DNA of 64,000 nucleotides from Candidatus Omnitrophota bacterium (GTDB lineage Bacteria; Omnitrophota; Gorgyraeia; 2-01-FULL-45-10). Shown here in pieces: positions 59,392-64,000 of the stretch. Within the stretch, counting starts at the first letter, position 1; each line of letters begins with the position of its first letter. Location: the NCBI GenBank assembly GCA_041650935.1, contig JBAZKH010000003.1:37269-101268 (forward strand). Reading direction: 5' to 3'. The notes under the pieces are model-generated. The model searched no databases. It was not told where the DNA came from and was given only the letters and a program-made list of their open reading frames with translations. The position numbers were made by a program, and so were the translations under genes.

Positions 59392-61161
59392 CTATTTAAG
59401 CTTCATCTTCATCGCGTTCAGCTCATCCCACATCTCGCGCGGCATGCGGTTTCCAAATTTTTTGAAGAACTCTTCTATGTCGGCCGCTTCGCGCAGCCAG
59501 CCTTTTTTGTCGATCGCGAATACTTTTTCAAGGTTATCCCTGGAAATATCCAAGCCCGTCATATCCAGGTCTTCGAGTCGAGGGATAAGGCCTATAGGCG
59601 TTTCATGAGCGCCGACTCTCCCATGCACCCTGTCTATCACCCATTTGAGGACGCGGATATTATGGCCGAACCCGGGCCATAAGTATTTACCGTCTTCGCC
59701 GGTCCTGAACCAGTTTATGGAAAAGACCCTGGGTTTATAGACAAGTTTCTTCTCTATGCCGAGCCAATGTTTGAAATAATCCGCCATATTATATCCGCAG
59801 AAAGGAAGCATTGCCATGGGATCGCGCCTTATGACGCCTTCCCGGTGGCTTGCCGCCGCGGTCGTCTCGGATCCCATCCGCGCGCCCAGGAATACATTAT
59901 GCTGCCAGTTCATGCCTTCGACTATCAGGGGATTCAAATGCATGCGCCTTGAGCCGAATAGGATCGCGGATATCGGGACACCCTGCGGATTTTCGAATAA
60001 TGGAGAAAGCGTCGGGCACTGGTATGCCGACACCGTAAATCGTGAATTAGGATGCGCGGCCTTTTCGCCTGCGGCCGGGTCCCAAATATTGCCATGCCAA
60101 TCTATTACATTTTTAGGTACAGCGCCGTCCATGCCCTCCCACCACGGCTCATTAGTGTCGGTATTTATGGCGGTATTTGTAAAAAGCGTCGGATAAAAGG
60201 TGCCCTTCGTAAGGGTCTTCATCATGTTGGGATTGGTCTTCTTCGATGTGCCATGCGCCACGCCGAAAAATCCTGTCTCCGGATTTATCGCCCAGAGCCT
60301 TCCGTCCTCGCCGACGTTCATCCACGCGATATCGTCGCCGACAGTCCATATCTTGTACCCGGGCAGGACCGATTCCATCATCGCAAGGTTCGTCTTGCCG
60401 CACGCGCTCGGCAATGCCGCCGCAATGTATGTGGTATCGCCGCTCGGGTCCTGAGCGCCGAGTATAACCATATGCTCGGCAAGCCATCCTTCCTGCAGGC
60501 CAAGATACGAAGCTATCCGCAGCGAAAAACATTTTTTGCCGAGGAGGGCATTACCGCCGTAGCCCGACCCTATGCTCCATACGAAGTGCTCGCCGGGAAA
60601 ATGCATTATGAACCGCTTGTCTGGATCAAAATTCCCCACCGAGTGCAGACCCTTCACAAAATCTTTGCTGTTGCCGATTTTATCTATGACCTTTTTGGTC
60701 ATACGCGTCATTATGCGCATGCTTATCGCTACATAGACGGAATCCGTAAGTTGTATACATGCCTTGGCGTAAGGAGAATCGGGATGACCCATCATGTAAG
60801 GAAGGACATACATCGTCCTGCCCTTCATGCAGCCCTCGGAGAGAGAGCGCATCCGCTCCTTGGCCTCGTCCGGCTTCATCCAGTTATTGGTCGGCCCGGC
60901 CGTCTGGTTATCGGGATGGCAGACATATGTGAGATGTTCCGTTCTTGCGACATCCGTAGGATGACTGCGATGATAATAGGACCTGGGGAAGGTCTTCTGG
61001 TTAAGTTCGGAAAAGACCGGATGGCCGTCTATCTTCTCTTCCTTGATACCGATCTCTACAAGCCTGCGCGCCTCCTCCTCGGAGCCGTCGCACCAATAGA
61101 TATTATCCGGCTTAGTAAGTTTAGCCTGTTCTTCAACCCATCTTTGCAGCGGAGTTAACAT
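59392..61161 (-). CDS. pckG: Phosphoenolpyruvate carboxykinase (GTP)
   Basis: 589 aa carrying PEPCK-GTP motifs. Confidence 0.93.
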   Translation of the reverse strand: MLTPLQRWVEEQAKLTKPDNIYWCDGSEEEARRLVEIGIKEEKIDGHPVFSELNQKTFPRSYYHRSHPTDVARTEHLTYVCHPDNQTAGPTNNWMKPDEAKERMRSLSEGCMKGRTMYVLPYMMGHPDSPYAKACIQLTDSVYVAISMRIMTRMTKKVIDKIGNSKDFVKGLHSVGNFDPDKRFIMHFPGEHFVWSIGSGYGGNALLGKKCFSLRIASYLGLQEGWLAEHMVILGAQDPSGDTTYIAAALPSACGKTNLAMMESVLPGYKIWTVGDDIAWMNVGEDGRLWAINPETGFFGVAHGTSKKTNPNMMKTLTKGTFYPTLFTNTAINTDTNEPWWEGMDGAVPKNVIDWHGNIWDPAAGEKAAHPNSRFTVSAYQCPTLSPLFENPQGVPISAILFGSRRMHLNPLIVEGMNWQHNVFLGARMGSETTAAASHREGVIRRDPMAMLPFCGYNMADYFKHWLGIEKKLVYKPRVFSINWFRTGEDGKYLWPGFGHNIRVLKWVIDRVHGRVGAHETPIGLIPRLEDLDMTGLDISRDNLEKVFAIDKKGWLREAADIEEFFKKFGNRMPREMWDELNAMKMKLK

Positions 61162-61162
61162 T

Positions 61163-62200
61163 CTATTCCTGCGGTTTAATTATTACTTTGATCGAATCTT
61201 TCGCCTCGGCTACAAGTTTAAAACCTTTCACGGTATCTCCGAGGCCGAAACGATGTGTTATCATATCACAAACTTTTATTTTGTGCGAGGCAATTTTTTC
61301 CAGCGCCTCCCGGTGGTCGGCCGGGCTGGCCGCATAAGAACTGGTCAAAGTAACTTCGTTCCTCCAGAATATATCGTTAATAGGGACCTGCAGGCGCGCA
61401 TCCTTGCCGGCGGCGGAAAATACGAGGACTGTCCCTCCCCGCTCCACGGACCTGAGCGCCTGTTCAAAAGCGGACGCCGCTCCTGCGCAGATAACTACGC
61501 GGTCGGCCAGGCGGCCGTCATTAAGTATTTTAAGTTTCTCCGGCGTATATTCTCCTGCGTCTACCACATGATCCGCCCCGAACCTCTTCGCCGATCTGAG
61601 CCTGAAATCCGTTATATCCGTCGCTATCACGCTCGATGCCCCGTTTTGTTTTGCGAGCTGGATATGCAGTAAGCCCGATATGCCGCTCCCTATAACGAGC
61701 ACCGTATTTCCTTTTTTGAAATTGGCGAGGCGCTGACCGCGCAGGACACACGCCAGCGGCTCGATGAAAGTCGCTTCTTCAAAAGAGACACTGCCGGGAA
61801 TAAGGTACGTCCCCTTCTCGACGTTTATCTTCGGTATCCGGACGAATTCGGAAAACCCGCCCGGGTCAAAATTGGTCTTCCTCAGCGTATCGCAAACCGT
61901 CTCGTGCCCGTCGCGGCAGAAACGGCACTCCCCGCACGGCACATGGTGCGAGACCGAAACCCTGTCACCGGTTTTGTAACCTTTAACGCCCTTACCGGCC
62001 TCGACAACGGTACCGGCGATCTCGTGCCCCAGGACAAGCGGGACCCTGTTAATACGATACCACTCGAGACAATCGGTCCCGCATATACCGCTCGCCTCGA
62101 TCCTGACGAGAAGTTCGCCGTCACCCGCCCTGGGCACGGGCCTCTCTTCGATACGGATGTCGCTATTACTATAATAGACCGCCGTACGCATATTCTTCAT
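61163..62200 (-). CDS. Zinc-dependent medium-chain alcohol/polyol dehydrogenase
   Basis: GHEIAGTVVEAG…CGECRFCRDG structural-zinc motif, and a GSGISG Rossmann fold. Confidence 0.85.
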   Translation of the reverse strand: MKNMRTAVYYSNSDIRIEERPVPRAGDGELLVRIEASGICGTDCLEWYRINRVPLVLGHEIAGTVVEAGKGVKGYKTGDRVSVSHHVPCGECRFCRDGHETVCDTLRKTNFDPGGFSEFVRIPKINVEKGTYLIPGSVSFEEATFIEPLACVLRGQRLANFKKGNTVLVIGSGISGLLHIQLAKQNGASSVIATDITDFRLRSAKRFGADHVVDAGEYTPEKLKILNDGRLADRVVICAGAASAFEQALRSVERGGTVLVFSAAGKDARLQVPINDIFWRNEVTLTSSYAASPADHREALEKIASHKIKVCDMITHRFGLGDTVKGFKLVAEAKDSIKVIIKPQE

Positions 62201-62676
62201 AACACCTTCTGCAGTGATGCCGCCACAAAATCGTTATCCTGATTTCTCCTATCGGGAATATTTATTTCGCATATCCGCGACGCGCCTTTTGTCTCCAGGA
62301 TCTTTCTTATATTCCTGAAACATCTCTTCACCCCAAGACCGCTCCCGCTCGTCAAAAGCACTACGACCTTCTTCCCTTTAAGCCCGGTGAGATTGGCCAG
62401 GAACGTATTTACCGCCGGCGTCGGCGCGAACGCCCAAACGGGAGAACCTATCAATACCAGGTCATAAGAAGCGGCGTCGAATTTGATACCCTCTTCGAGG
62501 ATCGCCCTCCCGCCTTTCCGGGCGGCCATACATTGCCCCACAAAACCCTTCGTCTCGTTAACAGGTTTTAACCTCTGCAGATGCACCTCGCCTTTTGCCT
62601 CGAGAATCCGCCCGAACAGCTTGGTAATCCTATCGGTATTTCCGCTAAACGAGTAATACGTTACGAGCACTTTCAT
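62197..62676 (-). CDS. Flavodoxin-like protein
   Basis: MKVLVTYYSFSGNTDRI. ATGA overlap with the dehydrogenase gene. Confidence 0.8.
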   Translation of the reverse strand: MKVLVTYYSFSGNTDRITKLFGRILEAKGEVHLQRLKPVNETKGFVGQCMAARKGGRAILEEGIKFDAASYDLVLIGSPVWAFAPTPAVNTFLANLTGLKGKKVVVLLTSGSGLGVKRCFRNIRKILETKGASRICEINIPDRRNQDNDFVAASLQKVL

Positions 62677-62689
62677 ATCTTATCCTCCG

Positions 62690-63724
62690 TTACCATCTCC
62701 ATGCCGCTCCGGCCGAGAAAGCCGCTTCCGATCCGGACGCAATAGCACGCAAGAATGCCTCCCCGGACCCTTCCAGTATCTTACGCGACAACCGCAGGCT
62801 TATACCCAGGTCTTTACTATCTATACTATCCCTGAGCCTGAAGACCACCGTATCTCTATCCGTAAATTCGACATCGGCGCCGAATAGTATCGAACGTATC
62901 TTCGGGCCATCATACTCTGCCTCAAAGACGAGCCCCGCGTCTTTTTTGAGTTTCCACCCGCCGGATAGCGTAAGCACGCGGCGCGCAGGGATAGCGCCGG
63001 AGCCAAGCCCTATGCCGACTTCATACTTTACGTAATCCTCTTCCAGGACTGCCGCGCCGGCCTTAAAATCGAAAGCGGAATCGGATCTTCCCTCAAACGA
63101 ATACGATATCCGCCCCTTCTTTCTTATGTCCCAGTACCCTTTGAATAGAAGCGTATGACGCTCTCTCCGCTTCCTTACCAAGACACCCTTTTCGTAATTA
63201 TAGACGATCTGGTGATCCTTGTTTATCTCCCAGGCGCCGTTAAAGGTAAGGATATTGTATCTGCCGGCTTCCCTCCGCAGATAAAAAGAGAGGCGGTTAT
63301 TTTCATCCGCCCGCCATACCCCCTGCAGGTTCAATATATATGTCGACTGCCGGCCTGCGGCGAGCCTCGTCGTAACCGCAAAAGCAAGCGAGTCCCCGCC
63401 GACATCGAGGATCTGCCCCTGCAGGGTTATCTCGTTACCGAAAGTCTTCCGCCCCTCTTTATCGAGAGTAAGCTTGAGGCTATGGTCGGGCGTCAGGGAC
63501 CAATCGCCGGCGATCCGGATCTTATGCGGGATAGTTTCGTTTCCGGCAAGAGGCGCCTTTACATGATATGACAAAGCGTTATTTCCGTCAACTTTAAATT
63601 TGCCGTCGAGGACTTTCCTGAATTTATGAAGACAACCTGCCGCGCCCTTGCGGTCAATAATAAGCCTGTTATACGGGTCGACTTCGTATCGTGTCTTCTG
63701 CCTTCTAGAAGTAGATGTCATCAA
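62690..63724 (-). CDS. Hypothetical protein with internal repeats of about 50 aa
   Basis: Recurring LSYHVKA, LSFYLRR and ISYSFEG beta-rich units. No domain I recognise. Confidence 0.5.
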   Translation of the reverse strand: MMTSTSRRQKTRYEVDPYNRLIIDRKGAAGCLHKFRKVLDGKFKVDGNNALSYHVKAPLAGNETIPHKIRIAGDWSLTPDHSLKLTLDKEGRKTFGNEITLQGQILDVGGDSLAFAVTTRLAAGRQSTYILNLQGVWRADENNRLSFYLRREAGRYNILTFNGAWEINKDHQIVYNYEKGVLVRKRRERHTLLFKGYWDIRKKGRISYSFEGRSDSAFDFKAGAAVLEEDYVKYEVGIGLGSGAIPARRVLTLSGGWKLKKDAGLVFEAEYDGPKIRSILFGADVEFTDRDTVVFRLRDSIDSKDLGISLRLSRKILEGSGEAFLRAIASGSEAAFSAGAAWRW

Positions 63725-63837
63725 TGTATATGACGCTTTCTTTTTTCGATAACAGCGCCTTTCTTATAAAGATCAAAGAGCCGATGACGCAAAATAATAC
63801 GATGCCTGCTATCAAATTTTTTTTATTCATACGGTTC

Positions 63838-64000
63838 CCTGCCGCATCTCCTTTTGAAGGAAGAATGCTCCCAGAAAATTTTCATCCGGTCCGATAGCGT
63901 CTACGAAATCCTGATTGCCGTAAATTTGCAGTCCGGACGGGTCGATAATTTCGCGGCGGAGCTTATCGAAATAAGCGAACCGCAGGCCTTTATCGAATAA
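63838..64000 (-). CDS. C-terminal end of an unidentified gene running in from beyond the window
   Basis: The open minus-strand frame ends with …FFLQKEMRQGTV* at about 63838. A possible 36-aa membrane ORF follows at 63727-63837. Confidence 0.3.

Overview
This 64 kb window is almost all chromosomal DNA from a roughly 55% GC bacterium, and most genes lie on the minus strand. The gene content (GH57 glucan enzyme, two-subunit class I fumarase, DhnA-type aldolase, GTP-PEPCK, an ECF Ni/Co transporter) suggests an anaerobic, probably uncultivated lineage, but I cannot place it from sequence alone.

Blocks I can support:
- **Nitrogen and glutamine block (about 2.4-21.9 kb), all on the minus strand:** porin-amtB-glnK-glnA-nadE, a Fis-like HTH gene, gltB-gltD, an unusual 859-aa gene, then pyrG-carA-carB.
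- **A tRNA-bounded accessory segment (about 22.6-32.5 kb), running from tRNA-Arg(CCG) to tRNA-Arg(TCT) and tRNA-Pro(TGG).** It contains a TPR protein, a UvrD-like helicase, an HD-GYP sensor, two COG1373-type AAA ATPases, an intact and a truncated GIY-YIG nuclease, and small palindromic MITE-like repeats.
- **Housekeeping genes (about 32.5-39.4 kb):** rdgB, rph, fumarase alpha and beta, queFECD, murI and an amidase.
- **tRNA-Leu(CAG), smpB and ssrA (tmRNA) at about 39.9-41.3 kb.** The 3' flanks of tRNA-Leu, tRNA-Arg(TCT) and ssrA each carry related mosaic repeats, including a 51-bp tandem array and a nested hairpin whose two copies differ by compensatory base changes.
- **Cell-envelope and transport genes (41.5-51.6 kb):** a YdjC-like deacetylase, a GT2 and an ArnT-like glycosyltransferase, a cbiMNQO-like ECF Ni/Co transporter with a porin, CorC, and MarC.
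- **GH57 glucan enzyme, peptidoglycan-binding lipoproteins, aminotransferase plus lrp, DhnA aldolase, pckG, an alcohol dehydrogenase and flavodoxin (51.8-64 kb).**

I found no CRISPR array and no rRNA.

The most unusual features are:
- The 859-aa protein that fuses a KaiC-like domain lacking a Walker A motif to a PEP-synthase-type nucleotide-binding domain, embedded among glutamine-amidotransferase genes.
- The repeat family flanking the tRNA and tmRNA genes.
- The TTTAAA-centred palindromic element that appears to have disrupted a GIY-YIG gene.
- A pair of covarying hairpins that present a conserved CTAACTCC loop.

I did not find a clean, self-contained system that I would confidently call a new defence or secretion system.
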